This document shows positions 43,753-56,340 of a DNA stretch of 64,000 nucleotides, piece after piece. The first letter of the stretch is position 1, and the number at the start of each line of letters is the position of its first letter. The position numbers and the translations under genes were made by a program. Under the pieces are notes generated by a model that saw only the letters and a program-made list of their open reading frames with translations, searched no databases and was not told where the DNA came from. The stretch lies in the NCBI RefSeq assembly GCF_963921235.1, contig NC_086109.1, forward strand, positions 20,028,001 through 20,092,000, written 5' to 3'. The stretch comes from Mobula hypostoma (Eukaryota).

Positions 43753-46330
43753 ACTGTAAAGACAGGACATTGATAGGATACAAAACTGGGCTGAGAAGTG
43801 GTAGATGGAGTTCAACCCAGATAAGTGTGAGGTGGTTCATTTTGGTAGGTCAAATATGATGGCAGGATATGGCATTAATGGCAAGACTCTTGGCAGTGTG
43901 GAGGATCAGAGGGATCTTGGGGGTCCAAGTCCACAGGAAACTCAAAGCTGCTGCACAGGATGACTCTGTGGTTAAGGCGGCATATGGTGCATTGGCCTTC
44001 ATCAATTGTGCGACTGAGTTTTAAGAACCAAGAGGCAATGTTGCAGCTATATAGGACCCTGGTCAGACCCCACTTGGAGTACTGTGCTCAGTTCTGGTTG
44101 CCTCACTACAGGAAGGATATGGAAACCACAGAAAGAGTGCAGAGGAGATTTACAAGGATGTTGCCTGGCTTGTGGATCAAGCCTTACGATAATAGGTTCA
44201 GAGAACTCGGACTTTTCTCCTTGGAGTGACGAAGGATGAGAGGTGACCTGATAGAGGTGTACAAGATGATGAGAGGCAGTGATCATGTGGATAGTCAGAG
44301 GCTTTTTCCCATGGCTGAAATGGCTAGCACGAGAGGGCACAGTTTTAAGGTGCTTGAAAGTAGGTACAGAGGACATGTCAGAAAAACTGAGGGCAATGGG
44401 TAACCCTAGGGAATTTCTAAGGTAAGGCCATGTTCGGCACAGCTTTGTGGGCCGAAGGGCCTGTATTGTGCTGTAGTTTTTCTATGTTTCTATGAGAAAA
44501 AAGTTGAACTTTTTGGCATATTTGGAAGAAAAAAGGCACTGCACACCAACACCAAAACTTCATCCTAACTGTGAAGCATAAGTGGAAGGAGCATCATGGT
44601 TTGGGGCTGTTTTGCTGTCCCATGACCTGGACAGCTTGCAATTATTGAGGGACAATGAATTCAAAAATTGTATCAAGACAAGGAGAATGTCAGGGTAGCA
44701 GTCCATCACTTGAAGCTTAAAAGTTGGATGATGCAACACAACAGTGATCCGAAACACAAGAGTAAATCAACAGAATAGTAAAAAAAAATCGTTTTGGAAT
44801 GGCCAAGTCGGAGTCTAGACCTTAACCCAATTAAGATGCTGTGGCATGGCCCAAGATGGCTATTCACGCAAGGCATCACAGGAAAATTGATGAACTAAAA
44901 CAGATGTGTGGAGGTACGTTCTAAAATTCCTCTTCACTGATGTGCAAGTCTGATCAACAACTACAGGAAACGTTTGGTGGAGGTCATTGCTGAAGGAATT
45001 ATTAAATACAAGAGTTTGCATACTTACTCCAGCCTGGGCTATGATTAAACAACGTGTTTAATAAAAATATGAAAAGTACAACTGTTTGTGTGTTATTAGT
45101 TTAGGCACATTGTGTTTGTCTATTATTGTCACTTAGATGAAGATCAGACCACATTGAGTAATTAATGCAGAAAACTAGGTAACTGCAAAGGATTCAAACT
45201 TTTTCTTGCAAATGTTTCTCAGAATTTCACTCATCTGCAGACTTTCTCCATGAGATAATGCTTTTAATTCCACTTAAACTGTACAACTTTGTATTTTCCC
45301 CACAGTAATCTGTACTTATCAAGTTTTCTTCCACTTTAGTTACATCCTACCGAGGTAACACAGCCTACCCTTATACCCATTTTCAGCCAGCCTGGAAACA
45401 TTGCATTTTATTCACTCCTAAGAAAACTATTCTATAAACTATACAAACTATTGAGGCTTAAGAACCAGTCCACAAGTACTTCCACTATGACCAATTCTTT
45501 CAGTTTCCCGTGTGATAATCAGTTCCTAATCCATTTCAACTAAATCACTTCCTGCAATAGCTTAGACTAATTTATGTAACAGCCTCATAAGCTATGTTGT
45601 TAAATGCTTCTTGGAAGCTGGTGTATACCACATCTACAGGTTTCCTTCTATCAATTCTCCGATCACATTCTCAAAGAATGATCAAATATGTCAAATATGT
45701 ACTGTTCATAAACACACTAATATTCAATGTTCCTACCTTATTTCCTACTATCTGATGCTGGCATCTTGCCCATAATGTTAATTAATTGACTTGTTATTCC
45801 TTGCTTAGTCTTCCTTTTAGAAGGGAGTTACATTGGCTCCTATCCCAAAAATTACCCACTTTTGAAAAAAATTGACAAATTTTTACATCTCCACAGTCAC
45901 CTCTTAAAAATCGGATGCAGGCCATTCATCCTGGACATGTTACATAATAACAGCATACCAACAGCATGCTGTTATTGAGAAGATGATAAATAAATGAATC
46001 AGAAACCAGTCAAAGAACATTGCAGAATTCACTCACTAGTGTGCCACTAGTTCTACAGAAAACTGCTGGCATTCCCTCAACCCATTCAGGATTTCTGTGC
46101 AAGTGTGTACAATATGGTGAGAAACCAAAATGTCTTGACAGCTGTTGGCCAGGCCTCAAGTCTACACACCACTGGAATCCTGTGGAAAAGCAAACAAAGA
46201 TAAAAAAAATTCTAGCACTTATGATAGCTAATTCACCTGAGCAACATGCACCAGGTTGCAACTAATAGAGAACCTGCATTTTTTAAAAAAATTAATACTT
46301 CAGAGATTAAGGCAGGACTTAATAATACAG

Positions 46331-46617
46331 TGGGAGCCACAGTAGCGTAGAGGTTAGCACAACACTATTACAGCTCAAGGCAGAGTTCAATTCTCTGAAA
46401 GGAAATTGTATGTCCTCCCCATGAACCCATGGGTTTCCTCCAGGTGCTCTGGTTTTCTTCCACAGTCCAAAGACGTACCATTTATTAGGTTAATTGGTCA
46501 TTGCAAATTGTCCTATGATTATTCTGAAGTCAAATAGATGGATTGCTGGGCAGTGAAGCTTACTGGGCTAGAAGGACTAGAAGGACCTGTTCCACACCAT
46601 CTCCAAATAAATAAAAA
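46331..46617 (+). mobile_element. V-SINE (HE1-like)
   Basis: tRNA-like head (gtagcgtagaggttagcac...gagttcaattc); V core gggtttcctccaggtgctctggttttcttccacagtccaaagacgt; aaataaataa tail. Confidence 0.8.
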
Positions 46618-46654
46618 TGAGTTCGAAAATTAAGTTTGAGTATTTCTGAGTATA

Positions 46655-48620
46655 GTGTCAGAAAGCAAAACAGGACAGATACAGGCCCTTCTGCCCCACC
46701 TGTCCAAACCGAACATGGTACCCATCCAACTAGCCCCAGTTTCCTGCATTTGGCCCATATCCCAAGCCTTCAGTACCTAAATGTTTTCCCTCTTCTCCAA
46801 CCCCGCCCCCCCCAACTCACACTAAACTCAAGCCCTCTAGATTTGGACTTCCTTGGGGAAAAAGACTTTGACATCATCCACCTTATCTATGCCTCTGATT
46901 TTAAATATTTTTAAGGTCACCCTTCATTCTCTTACATCCCAAGAAATAAATGCCAAGCCAGCTATTCTCTCCCCTTGAAGCTCAGGCCCTCTACTCCTGG
47001 CAGCATCCTCAATCTTTTCTGCACTCCCTCCAGTTTAATTACATCTTTCCTATAACAAAATAACCAAAACTGTATGTAGTACAGCAAGTACAGATTCACC
47101 ACAACCTATCCAACTGCAGTATGTCCCATCTCCTATACTCAAGAACCTGACTTTTCACCTTGTCTACCTGCGACACCGCTTCAAACTATGCATTTGTATT
47201 CAGTCACTGTTCCATTACACTCCTTAGTGCCCTCCCATAGTACAATCCCAGCACACTTGACTTTCCAAAATGCATGACTTCACATTCAACTATATTTGAA
47301 ATCCATATACCACTCAACCCAATTCATTAACTGACCAAGATCTTCTTGTATTCTACAATGACCTCCTTCACAAACAGTGTCATCAACAAATTTGCTGATC
47401 AAGTTTTATGCATTCACATCTAATTGTTTTTATCAACAATTGAGTCTCAACACTGATCCCTGATACATTAGTCACTGGCCTCCATTTTAGGAAAACCCCT
47501 TCAACCACCATACTCTGCTTCCCAAGCCAATTTTGAATCGGCCCAACTTACTCTCCCTGGATTTCATGGGATCTAGCCTTCCAGACAAACCTACCATGCA
47601 GGACCTTAAGATAACATCCGCTGTAGTACCCTCATTTACCTCTGGTTAAACCTTGGTAAGTTCTTTGAAGGATTATCAACCACAACTTTCCATGCACTAA
47701 CACATGATGCCTCCTCTTAATCAAATTGTCGATCCAAATACTGAGAGACCTTGTCTTTTTACCTCCAGTAATTTCCCCCACTATTGTTGTCAGGCTGACT
47801 GCCCGTAGTTCCCTAGCTTGACCTTGCTACCCTTCCTGAAGGATGGAACATTGGCCACCTTCCAGTCTTCAAGAACTTCACTAGTGACCAATGAAGTAAT
47901 ATCTCCACAAGTGCCACTGCAATTTCACATTAAGCCTGCCACAAAGTCCAAGGATACACTTGGTGAGACCCTGGGGATTTAGTCACTAATATGCTGCAAA
48001 GCTAATACCTCCAGTAATACAAATATTCTCCAAAGCATCACTTATCCTTACCCCCATTTCTTCAGCAACTATCATTTCTCCTCAGTACACATCATATTTA
48101 TTAAAAATCCCACCCATTTCCTGCAGCTTCAGTCATGGGCAACCTTGTTCAATGGGGGATCTACTGTCCCTGGCAACCCTTTTACATAGCTATAGAACTT
48201 CTTTACCTGCCAGATCCATTGCACTACCCTTTGCTCTCCTGATTTCCCTCTTAACAGTAGTCCTCATTGTTTTATAATAAAGTGATTCACTCATCCCCAA
48301 CCTCCCAAACCCAAAGTTTCCTTTTCTTGACCCGAGCCTCAATATCATCTCATCAATCAATGTTCCCTAAACTTGCCAGGTTTACCCTTCATCTTAAGAT
48401 CAAGATGCTGCTCCTGACACTTGATATCAAAGCCCTCCAATTACTTTTCAGTCCTTTCCTTCCGACAGACTCATCCAATAAACCTCTACTAGATCCTGCC
48501 TAATTACCCCAAATTAGCCCTGCTCTAGTTTAGCACCCCAACTTGTGAACTCATCCTGTCCTTTTCCATCACCATCTTAAATTGCATTAGGATTAATAGA
48601 GCCAAAGGACTCCCTAATCG
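46655..48620 (-). mobile_element. Old, heavily decayed CR1 LINE
   Basis: Recognisable reverse-strand CR1 pieces (gtgtcatcaacaaattt = KFVDDT; ttccagtctt; CR1-type 3' end at ~46670). Confidence 0.6.
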
Positions 48621-49424
48621 CTAGTTATTACTTTAAACCAGCAGCACTGACTGGCAAACTGCATTTCAATATTGTGGGTAATGCTTGTTTCGCTTCCACC
48701 CACTTGTTAGGTTTATGCTGTAAATGGTGTATGTTGACACAGAACTTAACATTGATAATCACATTTACCCAGGAAGCAGCCCATGAATAATCTGAACAAG
48801 GCAAGTTTAGACTTAATAGCTCACATGGGTAGCTTACTACTGACAGCAAACCTTGGTCTTCTATATTTTGAAAGAATAAGTCAATGAAACAAGAGGTGAC
48901 AACAGTTTGACATTTGAAAGATTGAGAAATCTGGTAAACTGAAATGTTAAGTACTCATAAAAGCACAGAGGTATAAAGAGAGTTCAGACTAATAAGGATC
49001 AGAAGAAGAAATGTATGATACAGAAACAGAATTAATGACAAATAAATCAGATAGGACAGCAGCCACATGGTCATGGATGAAAACTAAAACTGCACAGTTA
49101 GGAAGTGGTATGCAAGGAAGAGGCAAGATGATGATTTATTAACTACATTAAATGACTTGAAGGTAATTGATTAAAACAGTCTGGACAATTGTAGGTGATC
49201 AAATAGTATACTAGGATGATAAATAACTTCTGGTGTAGAATTTTTGGCAGTGGTCATGGGTTTCATTTGAAATAATATATTCAGGATTCTACTATACAAG
49301 GTAAAATGAAATATTAAATTTCAGATAAACTTTAAGTAGCTGAATGGCCTCAGTGTACTGAGTTTCCAGTAACCTAGTCTCTTTCACACATTCAATTCTG
49401 TTTTACCACACCAACTGGGAGAAT

Positions 49425-49608
49425 TTACAGCAACCAATTAAAAGTAACCAATTATTCTAACAGCATAACAGCAGAAACTGCAGCACCAAAGGAAACCCCA
49501 TGTGATGGAGAATGCAAACTCTACAAACCTCCAAGGTCAGGACCAAATCCAAGTGTCTGGAGCTAGAAAGCTGCAGCACGAACTGCTGTGCCACCATGCA
49601 GCCCAGCA
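49425..49608 (-). mobile_element. V-SINE fragment
   Basis: Reverse complement of the SINE head and V core (ggaaaccccatgtg...gaatgcaaactc...ctgtgccaccatgcagccc). Confidence 0.65.
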
Positions 49609-50897
49609 CTAAATAATTATGCTCTCCAGCCCACTTAGAAAATGCACTCCAACAAGTCACTACCCTCCGGCTGAAGAACTTTCTTACTAGCTCCAAATGA
49701 CCAAGCCCTTGAGATACACCTCTGCTTCTGAGCCAGGGGAAGCATTAGCTATTTATCTACTCTATCCGCTTCAGACATTTCTACATTTGGAAGCATTGAA
49801 ATACTTGAATAAAGACTGGATTATCAAGTGGCAGTTAGGCAATGCCAATATACAGTATACATAAACTTCACAACTAGAGATCAGACTAATCAGACTAAGT
49901 CCAGAAGTTGCAGGTATGCATTTAAGTTTGATAAATCTAGTAAATCAGACCAGAGATTCATTTTATACCCTCAAGGTATCCAAAGGAATTTCTGCAATGA
50001 TACCCAGTTATTAATTCTGATCTACTGATGGCTTATAGAATTAATGCTAGCCTATAACAGTGATACAAATGATCTAATCCATTAATTTCAACCAGAAAAT
50101 TTTAACTCCTTTCACTTTTGCTGGACATTAAAAAATTGAACTGTTTATATTTACAACAATATTTTGTGATAAAATTAAGTCACTTTGAAACTCAAGGTCA
50201 TCAGCACTTAAAATTCTAATACTGCATATTCTCAGTATTTGATGAAAATCAATTCCAATTCTCAGCCTTTCCAAAGCCAATGTGCAAATATTACTTTCCT
50301 AACCCAAAAGTATACATGGAAAACAGCCAATATATCGAGGTCTGAAAAGCCGTAATAAATGAAAGTAAACAGTCAGCTTTAGTAACCTTGGTTAATTGAC
50401 ATATGTTGGCCAGGTCACAAGGATCTTCCTCTTTTTGAGTATCTGACTCTCAAGACTAAAATACAGCTGATGGAAGTTCAGTCATTGCTGGAATTCTTCC
50501 TTACATGAAGCACATTTCTCAATCTGGTATGCTTAAAGAGATGCATGAAGTAAATCATGCAGTTTATGCAACATGTCAGTTTACAAAAATTTGCATACAT
50601 GAAATTGGCAGCAATAGAAACATCTTCTGAAGCAGGAACAGCATAATTGATGATTGTTGCCATCACAACCAAAATGTTCCACCACCAACCAGAGATTTTG
50701 CTCTCCAGTCAGGAATTAAATGGCACAGTATACCAAACCTACTCGGCTGACTCACAATTAATTGCTGTTCTCATGCTCATTTGATGTTCAGGACAAAAAG
50801 TGACATGCAACTTTAACTTCAAGTTATACAATTCATTCTTCAAATCTACAATGGGTCTTTTTTCACATTAGGATACCAAACTTGAGTGTATTGTTAA

Positions 50898-51203
50898 TAT
50901 AGAAACATAGAAAACCTATAGCACAATACAGGCTCTTTAGCCCACAATGCTGTACCGAACATGTACTTACTTTAGAAATTACCTAGGGTTACCCATAGCC
51001 CCCTATTTTTCTAAGCTCCATGTACCTATCCAGGAACCTCTTAAAAGACCCTATTGTATCCGCCTCCACGCACTCACCACGTTAAAAAAAACCTACCCCT
51101 GACATCCCCTCTGTACCTACTTCCAAGTACCTTAAAACTGTAACCTCTTATGTTAGCCATTTCAGCCCTGAGAAAAAGCCTCTGCCTATCCGCACCATCA
51201 ATA
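50898..51203 (-). mobile_element. CR1 3' end, same family as 13048-14555 and 38304-44493
   Basis: atagaaacatagaaaacct...gcacaatacagg tail nearly identical to 13050-13380. Confidence 0.85.
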
Positions 51204-51374
51204 TGGCATATTAAAAATGTGGGATTGCACATATGGACTCATTGAAAGAGGATGTCTTTAAAAAAAACTAATGAGAGAAAGCAATATGGAAAGCATCTTT
51301 CCACAGATGCTGCCTGTAAAGCACTTCCAGCATTATAAATTAAAAAATTGATGACTCAGTTTTTTTTTGTTAAA

Positions 51375-52645
51375 GAGTTATAGAACACTACACAGAAACA
51401 GGCCCTTCAGTCTATCTAGTCTGTGCCAAGCCATTAATCTGCCTAGTCCCATCAACCCGCACCCAGACCACAGCCCTCCCTACGCCTCCCATCCAAGTAT
51501 CTATCCAAAATTTCTCTTAAATGTTGAAATTGACCCCGCATCCACCACTTGCGCTACCAGCTCGTTCCATACTCACCAGCTCTGAGGGAAGGGGTTTTCA
51601 TTCATGTTCCCCTTAAACATTCCTTTCACACTTAACGCACAACTTCTCGTTCTAGTCTCATACAAATTCAGTGGAAAAGTCTGCTTGTGTTTACCCTATA
51701 TCTGGTCCCTTGGAATACCTTCCAATAACTTTCCCACTACTGATGCCAGGATCACCGGCCTGTAATTTCCTATCTGACTCTAAGATTAGCTAGCCTGCAA
51801 TCCTGTGGCACCTCACCCCTGGCTAAAGGTGCTTTGAAAATCTCTGCTCAGGCCCCTGCAATTTCTGCACTAGCTTTCCACAGGATCCGAGGGAACACGT
51901 TGTCATGCCCTGGGGATCATCCAATCTATTTTGCCACAAGGCAGCAAATGCCCCCTCCTTTCATCTGTATAGGGTCTATGAACTCAATGCTGTTTTGCCT
52001 CACTTCTCTAGACCATATCAAAATCCCAAGTAAATATAGAGGCAAAAAAAATCTATTTACGATCTCCCACAGCTCCCTCAGTTCCATGCATACTGTAGGT
52101 GACCACTTATCTTCCAAGTGACCAATTTTGCTCTTTGCCATCCTTTTGTTCTCAACATACTTATAGAAGCCATTGGGATAATTCTTGTCTGCTGGAGCAA
52201 ACATGAGGAATTCTGCAGATGCTGGAAATTCAAGCAACACACATCAAAGTTGCTGGAGCAACCTCATTTTCTTTTGGCCCCCTTGATTTCCTTAAGCGTC
52301 TCTTGCATTTCTTATACTCAAATACCTCTTTTTCTCCTTCCTGTCTATACCTATGATGCACCATTTTTTTTATATAATCATGACCATAATATCCCTCAAC
52401 AATCAAGGTTCCTTAAACCAGTTTTCCTTGCGTTTTATTCAGAAAGGAACATACAAACTCCATCCTTGTAAAAATTTCATTTCACTTCAGAAGGCCACCC
52501 ACTTAATTACACCTTTGCTAGAAAAACAAGCTGTCCCAATCCACACTTAATTGATCCTTTCTGATACAATCAGAATTGGCCTTTCTCCAATGTAGAATCT
52601 CAACCCGAAGACCAGACCTTTCTTTTCCATAATTACCTTGAATTC
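51375..52645 (-). mobile_element. Decayed CR1 with large internal deletion
   Basis: CR1-type 3' end at 51380; minus-strand NPKGFYKY-like remnant (NYPNGFYKYVENKRMAKSKIG). Confidence 0.65.
52201..52250 (-). mobile_element. 50-bp PLE tail-only insertion
   Basis: Matches the PLE terminus (cf. 8640-8693, 40366-40424); 11-bp TSD tgctggagcaa at 52190-52200 and 52251-52261. Confidence 0.85.
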
Positions 52646-54769
52646 AAGTGGAACTGTGTCCTTGCCCAAGATGGCAAAAAGGGACAGAACGGAAGAGTGA
52701 GAAGATGTCGCTGGGAATAGTGGCAATTATAGTAGTAAGGAAATCTTCATGAAGAGAGGCACTGGTGTGTAAAAAAAGGCCTCAACAACAGGTAAACCAT
52801 ACACCAAGTGAATGAATTAAATCCTCACATGAAGCAGAATAGGGGACAAGATAGGTGTGGAGTTTGCAACTTTGTAATGGATTGGTTGTTAGCCTATTCC
52901 CATTGCCCCTAAGGCAAAAATAACATTAGGTAAAGAATTAGAGATGGTTTATGGCAAAAGCCTTCAGAAAGTAATGTAATTTAAGTTTTGTTCAAGTGCA
53001 GGAGGCAGCATGAACACACACAATATAACAGCTTGGGAACATGGAGACTATTTCATACTTCAAGGAAAAGCAGCAGCTTGGACCAATGCAGGTTTCCAAA
53101 ATTGCAAATTTAATTTTTTTTTAAAGTATGGAGATGGAGAAGCTGCTGAAGAGTACAATTTGTCTGCTGAAAGTAATATGGGGGAAAGAGGGTCAAAAAA
53201 TGAAATGGAGAAAGACTGGCATATTATAAATCAAGTGCTGTTGGGAGTTTGCAACTTTAGGTTTGAATGCCATGAAGGATACAGTCAAATTGTGGACTGG
53301 AACAACTTTTGATAATGCAATGGTGCAAATTATGTATGATCATGTCAGCAAGTAACGTTAAGTGTAATTTTAGAATTTCTATTGCTTTGGACCAATTTAA
53401 AAGGAAGTCAGCATGCATGACTAGCATGAGTTAGATCCCTTTGGGCAGAATTCGATTGACAAGCATGAAGACTGAAGTAATTTTGGCATGGCGTAATTAT
53501 GTACACAAATTTGTCCAAGGTTATAACATTTTATTCCAGACATTAGAGGTGATCAAACAAGAGGAAATATTGCTTCCAGCCTAATTAGAGGTTTTAAAAA
53601 GTGGTAGATTAAACTCATGGCATCACTTGATATAAATTCAATTATGTTTGAGACTTCAACAGGAAAGTGCTTGTATATATATCTTTATCCTTGTGATAGA
53701 AGACAACCTTATCCGTCAGGTTACATCCAACTTTCACTGTCTATTTCTGACCCTTCCTAAGTTCAGGGATATTTTAACGATCAGAATCCATACAAGCCTA
53801 CAAGGAAATGCTGGAAAAACTCAGGTTAAGCAGCAAAGAAAAGTAAATTTAACATTATAGGTCAACAACCAATGACCTAAAAGATAAACTTTTTTCCCCA
53901 TAGATGCAGCCAAAGTTGTTGACATGTGACTCAGAGGCAAAAGTTTGTTATTTTGTCACAGCAGTAAAGACATGCCAGCATCTTAACACGAATGACCTTG
54001 GAGTATTCTGTCAAGCAAGTACACCTACAAACTAACTACTTCATTAAAACCAAATAGTTTGTCCAGCAATTTGGAATAGAATTCAAAATCCTCACTACAG
54101 TTTAGAGTTACTGCCATAACCACGTTTTCTCCCATATAAAACAGTTGAATGGGCAATGCACAATAATTCCTTGCAAAAGGCCAAGACTGACTCAAAAGGC
54201 TTTCAAATTTTTCATACAATAATCTGAATCCATCCATAAAATATCTAGTGATGAGGCAAATTAGAATTTTGAATTAAATCCTCTAACGCAAGAGAATCAA
54301 ATATTTCTATTATACACAATACCACTACCTTAGAAATAAGAGCTGATGGAAAGTTTTGATTTACCCAAATCAGGTCAGTTTTTTTTTTCTGTTTTTATGC
54401 AAAAATCTGAAATAAAGTAAAATGCAGATGCTCAAGAACAGCCTACAAAAAGACTGTTCACAAAATTGCCAAGTTGTACAGTCAGATACGCGTAATGCTC
54501 AGAACAGATAGTGGGAATACTATCAAAGTTTTAGAATGAAAGTATAGATCCTGTTCTCAATGGGCAGAGGCTATGAAGCTGTATTTAGTCAAGCAATGTC
54601 TAATGTTAGAGTTGCCTTTGAGTTTCTATTTTTGATTAGGAGACTGGACAAAGCAGACAAGCCTTCATCTATTTTCTCTCCTCATTTAAGTGATCAATAA
54701 GTGGCTCCTGACAGATCAGTAGTACATACACTGGATAAAGAAACTTTTTTTAAAAAAAAAGTAACAATA

Positions 54770-55586
54770 GCACAGAAACATGCAGATTCTCATTAATAGG
54801 GGCACATCTGGACCAGTATATTTTGGCACAATTAAGTGGCTGTCCCAATTAGCCGGAAATAGCTGCTAATGTATATAAAAAAATAAATTACTGTTTAACT
54901 GAGTAATAAATTATGTATTTAAATGAAATGCAAAACAAATTATGTATTTAAATGAAATGCAAAACAAATTAGAGCACTACTAATACTGGTACAGTATTAT
55001 AAAACTGTTTTGGTTCCTAATACAGTAGTTATTGTAAGAATTCATCCAGTGGACACTTATGTATTCTTCTGATTGACTAATGAACAAAATCAGTATAGAT
55101 ACAGACCATTTGTGCAGATAATAGACTGCCTTCATACAGTGCTTTCAACAACTGCATCCTCCAAATCTTCATTTTCATTTTCTTCAAATTCTTCGTAGTT
55201 CCTAACCTGAAGTAATCAAATAGTTTCATTTTCTGCCATTTCTAGTATCTCCCAACCTGAAAGCTTCAAACCACAGTAGGCAAAGCAGTCCTGAATTGTC
55301 TTAGTTGGCAAAATAGGCAGTATCAGTGGGGAAAAATAAATCACATTTTGAACACACAGCAACATTTTAAAAATATTCACTCTAAGTGTCTAACAGCGAC
55401 ATAAACGCACACAACTGATGTTAGTTGAAAACTATTCAACAGCAGTCTCATGTCCCAATTAAGCGACAGTGTACCCAAATGAAAGGAATCCCACTGAGTT
55501 TTTTTGATTAGCTTTTGTTCAAGATTTGTCGTAACTAAGCAGTTGCCCTGATTAACTGATGTCCCAATTAACTAGAATCCATTGTA
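54770..55586. mobile_element. Non-autonomous Tigger/pogo-like DNA transposon, diverged; includes a 29-bp tandem duplication at ~54908-54970
   Basis: Right end gtcccaattaactagaatccattg|ta with multiple cccaattaa subterminal motifs; a related end occurs at 4920-4996. Confidence 0.55.
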
Positions 55587-55965
55587 TCGACAAGTGCACA
55601 GTACAGTTCAGTAGATCTAAATTAATATTGCCCCATCCACAAAATTTAACATTCCCCAACAATAATTGCCAAAAATTGCAATGCAATGACGCAAGTTCAT
55701 CAGAACACAAATAGATTACAAAAGTTCTTATCCATCACTCAGCACATGAAAGATTAGCATTTTAGTTTCTTTGATACAACAGAATCCAAATTTGATATAG
55801 TCACAGCTTCAATTGACCATTAACTTAAGAATCCAGGGTAAGACTAGATTTTAAGAAATCTCTCCATATAAGCCTGATCAAAACGTGTACAGATTCAGCC
55901 TGCAATGGTTATATAGTTCACAAAGACTGCTTTGGCAAAGAGCTTTCAATCTGTGTACATACATC

Positions 55966-56340
55966 TACTGATGCTTCTGGACACATCTTCAGTGATGTTC
56001 CTGGAATCATCGGGTGTTTCGGGTCTTTCAACATCATACAACCTCCTCCAGGTGACCCAGCCGGGGCTGATCAGACCCCAGCTTGTGTCCAGATGGCTAG
56101 CTACTTATGACTCTATGGCTCCCCTCTTTTGAGCCACAGCCATCTTGAGGCCCCCTCTGCCGCATCGGTCGTACTGCGGATGGCTCTCCTCTTCCTCTCT
56201 CCCTCGATGCCCAAAATGCTGAAGGCTCTACCTGAGGAATGGGCTACGAATCCCCTACAACCGACCTCCACTGGGAGACACCTTGCTCTCCATCCAGCCT
56301 GCTGACAGTTGCTGACCAGTCCTGGGTACTTGCAGAGCAG
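55966..56340 (-). mobile_element. Hero-like (R2-group, restriction-like endonuclease) non-LTR retrotransposon 3' end
   Basis: ORF 56113-56367: GWRARCLPVEVGCRGF...AAEGASRWLWLKR, followed by a structured GC-rich 3' UTR. Confidence 0.75.

Larger units (their letters stand above)
38304..44493 (+). mobile_element. CR1 LINE ORF2 (second family) inside the Tc1 transposase, interrupted by a solo LTR and two PLE insertions
   Basis: Endonuclease motifs (YFNAWNIMNK, YRPP, GDFNFP, GDSDHN); RT end LVRPHLEYCAQFW; tttctatgtttctatg tail at 44478-44494. Confidence 0.88.
36718..45214 (+). mobile_element. Tc1 transposon with ~200-bp IR/DR-type TIRs, expanded to 8.5 kb by nested insertions
   Basis: ta|cagttgcaagaaaaagtttg ... 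caaactttttcttgcaaatg ends. Transposase pieces at 37860-38303 (KGYKSISKDL, KNPRVTAKDLQ, FWTD) and 44494-45000 (KVELFG, GSIMVWGCF, WPSRSLDLNPI). Confidence 0.88.

Noticed and set aside
46331..46400. tRNA gene
   Set aside because: A/B-box-like head of a V-SINE; no cloverleaf, and it runs directly into the SINE core.
55970..56080. Hammerhead in the Hero 3' UTR (minus strand has CGAAAC and CUGAAGA)
   Set aside because: I could not build stems I-III with the right geometry; simple hairpins explain the sequence.
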